Shown here piece after piece: positions 9,628 to 18,613 of a stretch of 64,000 bases of DNA. Below the pieces are notes generated by a model. It ran no database searches. It saw nothing but the letters and a program-made list of their open reading frames with translations, and had not been told where the DNA came from. Position numbers and translations under genes: made by a program. The stretch is from an uncultured Gammaproteobacteria bacterium (lineage in GTDB: Bacteria > Pseudomonadota > Gammaproteobacteria > JAIEPX01): assembly GCA_964567285.1 (NCBI GenBank), contig CAZMLO010000002.1:140150-204149 (forward strand), written 5' to 3'. Position 1 is the first letter of the stretch. Each line of letters begins with the position of its first letter.

Positions 9628-10904
9628 AAAGTTACAAAATTAGGCCTTCAAAGCTCAGGGGAAGTATCAGTGCATCCCCCTCAAAATCGCAGAGTATGAG
9701 GGCCATTTTATTCGCGACCATGGCTAGCGGCAAAAGTATTATCAAAAACTGCTTAAATTCTCCTGATATTGATGCAATGATTAAGGCCTGCAGAAAATTA
9801 GGCGCTGAAATTAGTTGCAGGCAAAATACCCTTGAAATTATTGGTGTTGCCGGCAAACCCTCTATACCTGATGATGTGATTGATGCGGGTAATTCAGGAC
9901 AAGTATTACGTTTTGTCGCCGCTATTGCTTCCTTAACGAAAGGCACAACCGTGCTTACAGGTGATCATTCTGTGCGTTACAATCGCCCTGTCCGACCTTT
10001 AATGGATGGCCTCTCTCAATTAGGTGTTGAATGCTACAGCACGAAAGATGATGATCACGCTCCTCTGGTTGTGCGGGGACCTCTTCAACCTGGTATCACT
10101 TTTCTCGATGGAGCCGATTCTCAACCCGTGTCTGGCCTTTTGATTGCTGCGGCTTTTCTAAACGGCATTACACAAATTCATGTCAAAAACCCCGGCGAAA
10201 AGCCCTGGGTGAATTTAACACTGAGCTGGTTAGACCGCTTCGGCATTCAATACACCAATGAAAATTTTGAAAAAATCACTGTGGCAGGCAATCCTATTAT
10301 ACAAGGTTTTGAATACACAGTATCCGGTGATTTTAGCTCAATCGCTTATCCCATTGTGGCTGCACTACTGACACAATCGGAAATTACCGTGAATAATATT
10401 GACATGAATGATGCCCAAGGCGATAAAAAAATTATTGCTGTACTAAAAAAAATGGGCGCCATTATCGAAGTGAATGAAAATAAATTATTAGTTAAATCCA
10501 GCGGCACCCTAAAGGGATGTGAAATTGATGTTAACGATTTTATTGATGCTATCACTATTCTAGCAGTTGTAGGTTGTTACGCTTCAGGCACAACCACATT
10601 GACCAACGCGGCTATTGCCCGAAAAAAAGAGAGTGATCGATTGTCGTCTATTAGCGCAGAGTTAAAAAAAATGGGTGCTGATATTAGTGAAACTCATGAT
10701 AGCCTTATCATTCAAGGTAAACCCCTGAGCGGTTCCACATGCCTATCCTATCACGACCACCGTATCGCCATGTCTTGTACTATTGCAGCACTCGGCGCTG
10801 ATAAGGAAACAATTATACAAGATACTGCCTGCGTCACCAAAAGTTACCCCGATTTTGTTGCGGACATGCAGCGACTGGGATGTGAGATGGAGGTGATTGA
10901 ATGA
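9624..10904 (+). CDS. aroA: 3-phosphoshikimate 1-carboxyvinyltransferase (EPSP synthase)
   Basis: 426 aa with an EPSPS fold: [37 protein letters not shown]. Confidence 0.9.
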   Translation: MKSYKIRPSKLRGSISASPSKSQSMRAILFATMASGKSIIKNCLNSPDIDAMIKACRKLGAEISCRQNTLEIIGVAGKPSIPDDVIDAGNSGQVLRFVAAIASLTKGTTVLTGDHSVRYNRPVRPLMDGLSQLGVECYSTKDDDHAPLVVRGPLQPGITFLDGADSQPVSGLLIAAAFLNGITQIHVKNPGEKPWVNLTLSWLDRFGIQYTNENFEKITVAGNPIIQGFEYTVSGDFSSIAYPIVAALLTQSEITVNNIDMNDAQGDKKIIAVLKKMGAIIEVNENKLLVKSSGTLKGCEIDVNDFIDAITILAVVGCYASGTTTLTNAAIARKKESDRLSSISAELKKMGADISETHDSLIIQGKPLSGSTCLSYHDHRIAMSCTIAALGADKETIIQDTACVTKSYPDFVADMQRLGCEMEVIE

Positions 10905-11419
10905 ACTTGATCTTATGCGGCTATCATTGTTCTGGAAAAACAACTATCGCCAAAGCCTTTTCAATAAAATACGATTACCATTATATTGATACTGACGATC
11001 TTGTTGCTCGAGCAAAAGGCCTAAAAGATTCTCGTGCCGTTCATACACTATTAGGTGAAGAGGACTATCGTTCTTTTGAAAAAAGCATTGTGCATTCCCT
11101 AAAAGATATCAATAATACCATAATAGCCACTGGAGGGGGTGTTTTATTAAATAGTGAAAACACGCACCATCTCAAGACATTGGGTAAAATAATTTATTTA
11201 TACGTTGAAACAGAGACACTACGGCAAAGAATCTTAGAAAAAAAATCACTCCCTAACTTTATCCGTGAATCCTCCTTCGATGAAGATTTCAAACGCTACA
11301 TCGATAGCCGCAAAACACTCTATGATTCTGAAGCAGACATTAAACTCAATGTAACAGAAAAATCTGTCGAAGAAATCTTATCCTTAATTAACCAGTACAG
11401 GTCTGATCATGGCATCTAA
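10901..11419 (+). CDS. aroK: shikimate kinase
   Basis: 172 aa. It has the Walker A motif GYHCSGKTT, a DTD motif and GGG...L, typical shikimate kinase architecture. It sits within the aro block. Confidence 0.8.
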   Translation: MNLILCGYHCSGKTTIAKAFSIKYDYHYIDTDDLVARAKGLKDSRAVHTLLGEEDYRSFEKSIVHSLKDINNTIIATGGGVLLNSENTHHLKTLGKIIYLYVETETLRQRILEKKSLPNFIRESSFDEDFKRYIDSRKTLYDSEADIKLNVTEKSVEEILSLINQYRSDHGI

Positions 11420-12491
11420 TTCTTTCGGTAATATTTTTAGAATCACGACATGGGGCGAATCCCATGGAAAAGGAATCGGCGTCGTTATCGATGGCTGCCC
11501 TGCAGGTATCGAGATATCGGATACTGATATAAATACTGCTTTAGCCTTACGCGCACCTGGCACTAATCCTTTTACCTCACCTCGTAAAGAACCCGACATT
11601 GCGGAAATATATTCTGGTATTTTCGAGGGAAAAACCACGGGTACCCCACTCTCGATCGTTATCATGAATAAAGATTCTGATTCAAGCAAATATGAGCCCA
11701 TTAAGAATTTGCTACGGCCTGGCCACGCTAACTTTACTTATCTCGAAAAATACGGCTGCTTCGATTATCGCGGTGGCGGCAGAGCTTCTGCTAGAGAAAC
11801 TGCTTGCCGAGTAGCCGCAAGTGCGGTTGCTAATAAAATATTAGCGCACGAAAAAATCGAAGTGATTGCTTATATAAAAAGTATTGGCAACATCGATATG
11901 TCACTCGAGCATCTTGATCTTAGTATGATCAAAACTCAAACTCAGAGTAGCTCCATATTTTGCCCTGATACAGTTTCCGCAGAAAAAATGATGGCAGCTA
12001 TAACAGCCGCCAAAGAAGAAGGTGATTCGCTTGGTGGCATTGTGGAATTTTTAGTGCTCAATATGCCTGTAGGTTTGGGTGATCCCATTTATGAAAAATT
12101 AGAAGCCAATTTAGCCAAAGCGATGATGTCGCTTCCTGCAACCAAGGGTTTTGAAATTGGCGAAGGTTTTGCAGCTACGCGCATGAAAGGTTCAACACAT
12201 AACGATGAATTCAGCACTAAAAGAATAACTAGCACTAATCACGCCGGTGGAACTTTAGCCGGGATTTCAACAGGGATGCCCTTAATGGGCAGAGTGGCTT
12301 TTAAACCCACTTCGAGTATCAACAAAGTACAGAATACTGTTGATGATCAGGGCCAACAACAAAAATTTAAATTACCAGAAGGCTCTCGACATGATCCCTG
12401 CGTCGCTATCCGAGCAGTACCCGTCGTCAGTGCCATGTGCAGTTTGGTAATTGCGGATGCCTTACTCATGAACCGATCGTGCAAATTGTGA
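11409..12491 (+). CDS. aroC: chorismate synthase
   Basis: FRITTWGESHGKGIGVVIDGCPAG...RPGHANFTY..KYG..DYRGGGRASARET is canonical. Confidence 0.9.
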   Translation: MASNSFGNIFRITTWGESHGKGIGVVIDGCPAGIEISDTDINTALALRAPGTNPFTSPRKEPDIAEIYSGIFEGKTTGTPLSIVIMNKDSDSSKYEPIKNLLRPGHANFTYLEKYGCFDYRGGGRASARETACRVAASAVANKILAHEKIEVIAYIKSIGNIDMSLEHLDLSMIKTQTQSSSIFCPDTVSAEKMMAAITAAKEEGDSLGGIVEFLVLNMPVGLGDPIYEKLEANLAKAMMSLPATKGFEIGEGFAATRMKGSTHNDEFSTKRITSTNHAGGTLAGISTGMPLMGRVAFKPTSSINKVQNTVDDQGQQQKFKLPEGSRHDPCVAIRAVPVVSAMCSLVIADALLMNRSCKL

Positions 12492-12561
12492 GAATGAATA
12501 TGACTGCCAACTACTTGCCCCTAAATGAAAGGTCCCTATTTCACCTAAAAGAGGAGAAATA

Positions 12562-13650
12562 ATGACACATCCTTTCGTAATTGGTGAAAATCTGCTGTTG
12601 AGTCAACACATCATTGAGCTTTGCCCAAGAGCCTGTTCGCAATTCGTGATTATCACGGATGATAATGTTCAGCCTCTTTACGCTGCCAAATTAAAAGAAC
12701 ACCTCAGACTCAATGATTTAAACTCACACATCATCACTATTCCAAATGGTGAGGCATCAAAATCAAGAGAAATGGTTGCGAAAATTCAAGATCAACTCTT
12801 AGATTTAGGTTATGGACGCGATACTTGCATTCTGGCTTTAGGCGGTGGAGTTATCACCGATTTAGCCGGGTATGTTGCCGCAACTTATTGTCGTGGCATT
12901 CCCGTGATTTACTTGCCCACCACTTTATTAGCCATGGTGGATGCAGCCCTGGGTGGAAAAACAGGTGTTAATACACCACACGGTAAAAATCTTATTGGCG
13001 TTTTTGCTCAACCTAGAGCTATTTTATCAGATATCAGCACTTTAAAAACTTTAGCTGAAGCTGAATTTCGCTTCGCCTTTGCTGAAATTATAAAACATGC
13101 CATAATATTTGATCATGAATATTTCGATACCCTATTGAAGCATGCTGATGCTCTCAAAAACCGTGACTTAAATCTTCTCAAAACAATTATTCAACGCAGT
13201 TGCGAAATAAAATCGAAAATAGTCTTAGAAGATGAAAAAGATCAGGGCATCCGCACAATCTGTAATTTTGGCCATACTATCGGGCACGCACTGGAATTTG
13301 TTTCAGATTATACCCTCAATCATGGACAAGCCGTCGCGATCGGGATGATGATAGAGTCATTTATCGCCACACAGATGGGCATATTATGCAACGCTGATTT
13401 TGATAAAATAAAAGAGATTCTGTCTCTTTTCGATCTCACCGCATCCCTACCCTGCACTACCACACCAGAGAAGATCAAAAACGCTTTGATCTTAGATAAA
13501 AAATCTCGGGAAAAAAGCCCAAGATTCATTTTAATTCAAAGCATAGGCAAGGTATATAAAGAACAATCCAATTACTCTCACCCCGTGGATCAGATTATTT
13601 TAGACAAAGCACTGGATTATTTAACCACCGAATTCATGGAGCGATCATGA
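12562..13650 (+). CDS. aroB: 3-dehydroquinate synthase
   Basis: 362 aa with LGGGVITDLAGYVAATYCRGIP, GGKTGVN and NFGHTIGHALE metal site motifs. A 70-nt gap precedes it, and GAGGAG lies at the RBS. Confidence 0.9.
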   Translation: MTHPFVIGENLLLSQHIIELCPRACSQFVIITDDNVQPLYAAKLKEHLRLNDLNSHIITIPNGEASKSREMVAKIQDQLLDLGYGRDTCILALGGGVITDLAGYVAATYCRGIPVIYLPTTLLAMVDAALGGKTGVNTPHGKNLIGVFAQPRAILSDISTLKTLAEAEFRFAFAEIIKHAIIFDHEYFDTLLKHADALKNRDLNLLKTIIQRSCEIKSKIVLEDEKDQGIRTICNFGHTIGHALEFVSDYTLNHGQAVAIGMMIESFIATQMGILCNADFDKIKEILSLFDLTASLPCTTTPEKIKNALILDKKSREKSPRFILIQSIGKVYKEQSNYSHPVDQIILDKALDYLTTEFMERS

Positions 13651-15011
13651 TTGTAACGATAATTCAACAAAAAAATACTGCTGATTTATACGGTCAGTAT
13701 CTACGCTGCAGCGATTTATCTGAAGCTTTCGAATTTCGTCTGGACTACTTAGATATTATAGATATTGAAGCTCTCTGTGAATTGAGATCTAAAATTCATA
13801 AGCCGATTATTTTGACCTTAAGACCCGACCCAAATTCTCAGAATGAAGAAAAAAGACTCGCAACACTGATGGAATTAGGCAGAGCAAACCCCGATTATGT
13901 GGATATAGAACACAGTGTTAGCCCTAGATTTATCGAAGAATTCCATCATAAATACTCTGAAATCAAGATCATACGATCCTACCACAATTTTGACGAAACA
14001 CCACAAGACCTAAAATCTATCCTGATTCAATTAGAACATCCATTCTGTGACATTTATAAAATAGTCACTACAGCAACTTCTAGTCTCGACAATTTAACGG
14101 TACTCCACTTTCTAAAAGATCACTCTAAATCTTATAACATAGCAGCACACTGCATGGGTGAATTAGGAACTCCTTCTCGGGTTTTATCCCCCATTCTGGG
14201 CAGTCAATTACAATATGTAGCCGCAGATGAAACACAAATACCAGCACCTGGCTGCTTTTCACTCAATACTTTATTACAAAATTACCAGGGAAAAAACATT
14301 GATCATCTCACTAAGATTTATGCTTTGCTGGGAAACCCGGTAGAACAAAGCCCGGGCCACATTTTTCACAACAACATTTTTCAAAAATCCGCGGCAAAAT
14401 CCGTGTACGTCAAATTCAAGCTCACAAACGAAGAGCTTCCTCTATTTTTAAAACAAATAACAGGTTTGCCCTTTCATGGATTTAGCGTCACGATTCCCTT
14501 AAAAAGAGATATAATCCAATTCATCGATCTTTTTGAGAACGATTCTGACCAAATCGGAGCTATCAACACAATTCGTGTCGAGAATAATCAATTATTAGGA
14601 CTCAATACCGATGGCGCAGGAGCACTGAATGCTCTTGAAAGAATTCAGCGGGTAAAATCGAAAAATGTTTTAATTATAGGTGCCGGCGGCTCAGCTAAAG
14701 CGATTGCTTATGAAGCCCAAAAAAGAGGGGCAGCCTCCATTGTGATTATCGATCGAACTCTAAAAGGTCCGGATGATTTATCAAATCCAGACTCTTTCGA
14801 TTTTGTTATCAACGCCCTACCCCCTGCAATCGATTACCCCATCACACCTCAATTTAGCACAACCGCCGTTTTCATGGATATCAATTACCACCAACCCGAG
14901 AGCCGATTAAAATCCCTTGCCCTTGCCGCTGGGTGTACACTCGTGGATGGCTATGAAATGTTCGTTGAACAGGCATTGCTACAACAGGACTATTGGATTT
15001 CATCTCAATAA
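13647..15011 (+). CDS. aroDE: bifunctional type I 3-dehydroquinate dehydratase / shikimate dehydrogenase (AroD-AroE fusion)
   Basis: The N-terminal half has the type I DHQase signature CMGELGTPSRVLSPILGS. The C-terminal half is shikimate DH (YALLGNPVEQSPGHIFHN, NTDGAGALNAL, a Rossmann GAGGSAKA). It has an ATGA overlap with aroB. Confidence 0.85.
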   Translation: MIVTIIQQKNTADLYGQYLRCSDLSEAFEFRLDYLDIIDIEALCELRSKIHKPIILTLRPDPNSQNEEKRLATLMELGRANPDYVDIEHSVSPRFIEEFHHKYSEIKIIRSYHNFDETPQDLKSILIQLEHPFCDIYKIVTTATSSLDNLTVLHFLKDHSKSYNIAAHCMGELGTPSRVLSPILGSQLQYVAADETQIPAPGCFSLNTLLQNYQGKNIDHLTKIYALLGNPVEQSPGHIFHNNIFQKSAAKSVYVKFKLTNEELPLFLKQITGLPFHGFSVTIPLKRDIIQFIDLFENDSDQIGAINTIRVENNQLLGLNTDGAGALNALERIQRVKSKNVLIIGAGGSAKAIAYEAQKRGAASIVIIDRTLKGPDDLSNPDSFDFVINALPPAIDYPITPQFSTTAVFMDINYHQPESRLKSLALAAGCTLVDGYEMFVEQALLQQDYWISSQ

Positions 15012-15014
15012 CTT

Positions 15015-16178
15015 TCAAGTACTCCAATTCTTCGAGAGGATATCTAAATACTCGCCTTCTTTTTCGTCTTTAGGCATATTGTGTTTTCCCTCATGAATAT
15101 ATTTTGCTATTTTTCTTGCATCGTTGGAGTTAAAAAATGACTGAGATAAATGTTGCTTTACTTTTGGGTCTGGCTCTTGCGAATCAAACCAGTTTTCCCG
15201 AAATAGATAATCAGCCAAATGGACGAAGTATTCCATTTGTTGTTTTGTCATAGGAGGATAATCTTCATCAAGATTTCCATCGTAGGGAATCATACTAACT
15301 TCACAGCCAGAGTTTAGAGCAAACTGTAGAATTCCCAGCAAATGACCTACACCAACAGCCGATAGATTATCACCCACCACGAGAAATTCTTTCAGCTTCT
15401 CACAAAATATCCGATCTCGTTTAGTAACGTTTTCATCGTAAATTTTTTGAGCCAGAACAGGAAGTCTTTCACGGAATTTTTTAGTTATAATATTATGTTT
15501 TAAACAAGCGGATATTAACGATAAATTTCCGCTTTTATATGCTTTTAGCAACTGCCCGAGTATTTTATCAAGGCAAACACTGTCTGTATTTAATAGATCA
15601 GGTAATGATAATTTAAAAACCTGAAGTTGCTCATCGAATGTTAAATATAGCCCTTGAAGTAGGGAGTTAACATCAGTTGCTGATTCTAGCCCTGTTATTT
15701 TCTTTGAATTTTCTCTAGCATACTCTGCTAATAATACATCAGTGCCTTTCTTAACATCATCAACCATTTTTTTAGACATACTCAGCATTTGTAACAAATG
15801 CAGCGGTGTCATCATGTTCATCATTTCTTCTAATTCTCTAACTTCTAATTTTTCATTGCCTGTATATGACATCAATTTTACACATATTGCTGCAATTTGC
15901 TCATTGGATAAATTCGCATTTTTAAAAAAATCATAACACCCAGGGTTATCATATCGCCACAAAAGACAAGCCATATCATCTACAATCGTGTCATCAGGTG
16001 ATTTTTCTAAAATTAATGTAGATACTTTGCCACACACCTTTTTCACGATATTTGGCAGCTCCGAAGAACTGTGGAAAGTTCCATATAGATAGGTTACAGC
16101 TCCCTCGGGTGTTTTCACTTTATACAGATTCGATAACGATATTCTGTTTGTATCTTTTTTTTCTTGCTTGTGATCCAT
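15015..16178 (-). CDS. TraB/GumN family protein (possible secreted/effector-like protein)
   Basis: 387 aa with YLYGTFHSSSE near the N-terminus and AVGVGHLLG near the C-terminus, the two conserved blocks of the TraB/PrgY/GumN family. The acidic C-terminus is KDEKEGEYLDILSKNWST. It converges on aroDE with a 3-nt gap. Confidence 0.55.
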   Translation of the reverse strand: MDHKQEKKDTNRISLSNLYKVKTPEGAVTYLYGTFHSSSELPNIVKKVCGKVSTLILEKSPDDTIVDDMACLLWRYDNPGCYDFFKNANLSNEQIAAICVKLMSYTGNEKLEVRELEEMMNMMTPLHLLQMLSMSKKMVDDVKKGTDVLLAEYARENSKKITGLESATDVNSLLQGLYLTFDEQLQVFKLSLPDLLNTDSVCLDKILGQLLKAYKSGNLSLISACLKHNIITKKFRERLPVLAQKIYDENVTKRDRIFCEKLKEFLVVGDNLSAVGVGHLLGILQFALNSGCEVSMIPYDGNLDEDYPPMTKQQMEYFVHLADYLFRENWFDSQEPDPKVKQHLSQSFFNSNDARKIAKYIHEGKHNMPKDEKEGEYLDILSKNWST

Positions 16179-16429
16179 TTAAATCTCCAAGTACTCTTCA
16201 GTTAATCATTCAATTGGGTATGGGCTGCTTATTACGATGCATTTTCAACCTCTTTACCCACTAGTAACTTTAAGTATTACTTATGAACATGAAATTGTCA
16301 AAGCACCCTATTTTAGGGACATCTAGACCATATTCCTAAAGTTTGGGATACTTACAGATATAACATATGAGCGTCGAATTTACAGACTAGAATATTTTCA
16401 TTTAATCGAATAATACTATTGAAGACACG

Positions 16430-17770
16430 CTATTGTATTTGAGAAATTGTTCGAGCCAAACCTTGGGCCAATGATTCTACGAGTTCGATACTTTGCCCTT
16501 CTACCATTACTCGCACTACAGGTTCGGTGCCTGAAGCACGCAATAATACACGGCCACTGTTTCCTAATTTGCTTTCTGTATCACGAATCGCTTCTTGTAA
16601 GTGCGCGCTTTTGAGATCAAAGGATTTTGGCGTAGGGATGTTCAGTAAAACTTGAGGGTATTTTTTCATACCATTTTTTAATTCGGCTAAATTTTGACCT
16701 GATTCGATCACTGCACATAAAACCTGTAAGGCAGAAATAATTCCGTCGCCGGTGGTAGATAAAGCCAAATGCACAATGTGGCCCGACGATTCTCCACCAA
16801 TTTGCCAGCCTTTTTGTTTGAGTCTTGTCATTACGTGTCGATCGCCCACAGCCACTCGTTCGAATGGAATACTGAGTGAAGCCAGCCCTTCTTCAAAACC
16901 TAAGTTGGTCATCGATGTGCCAACAATACCGCCTTGGAGTTTATTAATTTTTTTAAGGTGACGGGCAATAATAAATAGCAGTTGATCACCGTCAACAATT
17001 TCTCCGGTATGATCAACCATAATAACCCGATCGCCATCACCATCGAAAGCAATTCCTATATCAGCATTTTGTTCAAGCACAGTAGCTTGTAAATCATGGG
17101 GATGCGTTGAACCGCAAAGTGCATTAATATTCAATCCATTAGGTCGATTAGAAATTTCATGGACTTCCGCACCCAATTCTCGAAATACTGCTGGAGCAAC
17201 GTGATAAGTTGCGCCATTCGCACAATCGACCACGATTTTTAAACCATTAAAATTAATGCGAGAAGGAACTGTACTTTTACAAAATTCGATATAGCGACCA
17301 GCTGCATCCACAACGCGCACCGCTTTACCTAATTTTGCAGAATCCACTGTCTGCATGGGCTTTTCGAGTTGTGCCTCAATTTGGAGTTCAATATCATCCG
17401 GTAATTTAAATCCTTCGGAGGAGAAAAATTTTAATCCATTATCTTCAAAACCATTATGAGACGCACTGATCACAATGCCTGCACAAGCTCTGAGTGTTCG
17501 AGTTAAATAGGCAATGGCAGGCGTCGGCATAGGGCCCAATAAATGAATATCCATTCCTGCAGCAGATAATCCCGCTTCTAAAGCAGATTCCAACATGTAG
17601 CCAGAAATACGCGTATCTTTCCCGATCAATACTTTTCCACGCGTTGCGGTGCCTAAAATTTTTCCAATAGCCCAACCAAGTTTAATCACAAACATAGGGT
17701 TAATTAAAGAATCGCCGACTTTCCCTCGAATTCCGTCAGTACCAAAATATTGTTGTGTTGTCATGATCAA
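16430..17770 (-). CDS. glmM: phosphoglucosamine mutase
   Basis: [10 protein letters not shown], the phosphoserine loop [14 protein letters not shown], and DGDGDR are present. Confidence 0.9.
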   Translation of the reverse strand: MIMTTQQYFGTDGIRGKVGDSLINPMFVIKLGWAIGKILGTATRGKVLIGKDTRISGYMLESALEAGLSAAGMDIHLLGPMPTPAIAYLTRTLRACAGIVISASHNGFEDNGLKFFSSEGFKLPDDIELQIEAQLEKPMQTVDSAKLGKAVRVVDAAGRYIEFCKSTVPSRINFNGLKIVVDCANGATYHVAPAVFRELGAEVHEISNRPNGLNINALCGSTHPHDLQATVLEQNADIGIAFDGDGDRVIMVDHTGEIVDGDQLLFIIARHLKKINKLQGGIVGTSMTNLGFEEGLASLSIPFERVAVGDRHVMTRLKQKGWQIGGESSGHIVHLALSTTGDGIISALQVLCAVIESGQNLAELKNGMKKYPQVLLNIPTPKSFDLKSAHLQEAIRDTESKLGNSGRVLLRASGTEPVVRVMVEGQSIELVESLAQGLARTISQIQ

Positions 17771-17773
17771 TCC

Positions 17774-18598
17774 TCAAGCAGGAAGTTGAATGTTATGAGA
17801 TATAGTGCGAGTTAAATGATCTTGCATAAGCAACCCATCTCTGAGTGCACCGACGTTATGAGTACGAATCCAATCAACGCCCTGAGAAGCGGCAAACAGC
17901 TCCGTACTGAGTGTACCGAAACCTGATTCCCCTGCTGTTTTTCCGGTCAGTTTTCGAATAAATGATTTTGTAGAAACACTGACTAAAACTGGCAAATCAA
18001 ATTCTGCACGTAAATCGGCGAGGTGTTGTAGAACAACTAATGAAGCTTCGGGTTCTGAACTTAGAAAAAATCCCATTCCTGGGTCCAGGATCAGACGATC
18101 ACTCTCAATGCCGGCAGAATTTAATGCATTCAATCGTTGATCAAAAAAATGAAAAATTTTCGAGATAATGGTCTTGGGATCTGTTAGAACTAGCTCAGTG
18201 ATTTTTGGACCATGTACATTATGCATCACAATTAATTGGCAATTCGCTTCGGCTAACTCGGGGTAAAATTCAGGATGAGCAAACCCTCGAACATCATTGA
18301 TAAAATCTACACCACGTGAAATCGCGTAGCGTTGGGTTTGTGGATGAAAGGAATCAACAGAAATAGAAATACCCTTTGGAAGCAGCGCATCTAATACCGG
18401 GGCTAAACGTTGGATCTCTATCTCTGGCGCCACTTCAGGTGCATTAAGATGGGAAGGTGAAGGGCCGAGATCAACTGCTGCAGCACCCGCCTCAATCGAA
18501 CCTAAGGCATGCTTTACCGCTGCCGAAGAATCAGGAAATTGGGCAGACGGGAGGTATGACTCTGCATTGAGATTAATAATACCTAATATCGATGTCAT
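17774..18598 (-). CDS. folP: dihydropteroate synthase
   Basis: 274 aa pterin-binding fold: ILGIINLNAESY, VDLGPSP, MHNV...DPGMGF. It lies in the conserved ftsH-folP-glmM order. Confidence 0.9.
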   Translation of the reverse strand: MTSILGIINLNAESYLPSAQFPDSSAAVKHALGSIEAGAAAVDLGPSPSHLNAPEVAPEIEIQRLAPVLDALLPKGISISVDSFHPQTQRYAISRGVDFINDVRGFAHPEFYPELAEANCQLIVMHNVHGPKITELVLTDPKTIISKIFHFFDQRLNALNSAGIESDRLILDPGMGFFLSSEPEASLVVLQHLADLRAEFDLPVLVSVSTKSFIRKLTGKTAGESGFGTLSTELFAASQGVDWIRTHNVGALRDGLLMQDHLTRTISHNIQLPA

Positions 18599-18613
18599 GC
18601 CTAACCCCTGCTA

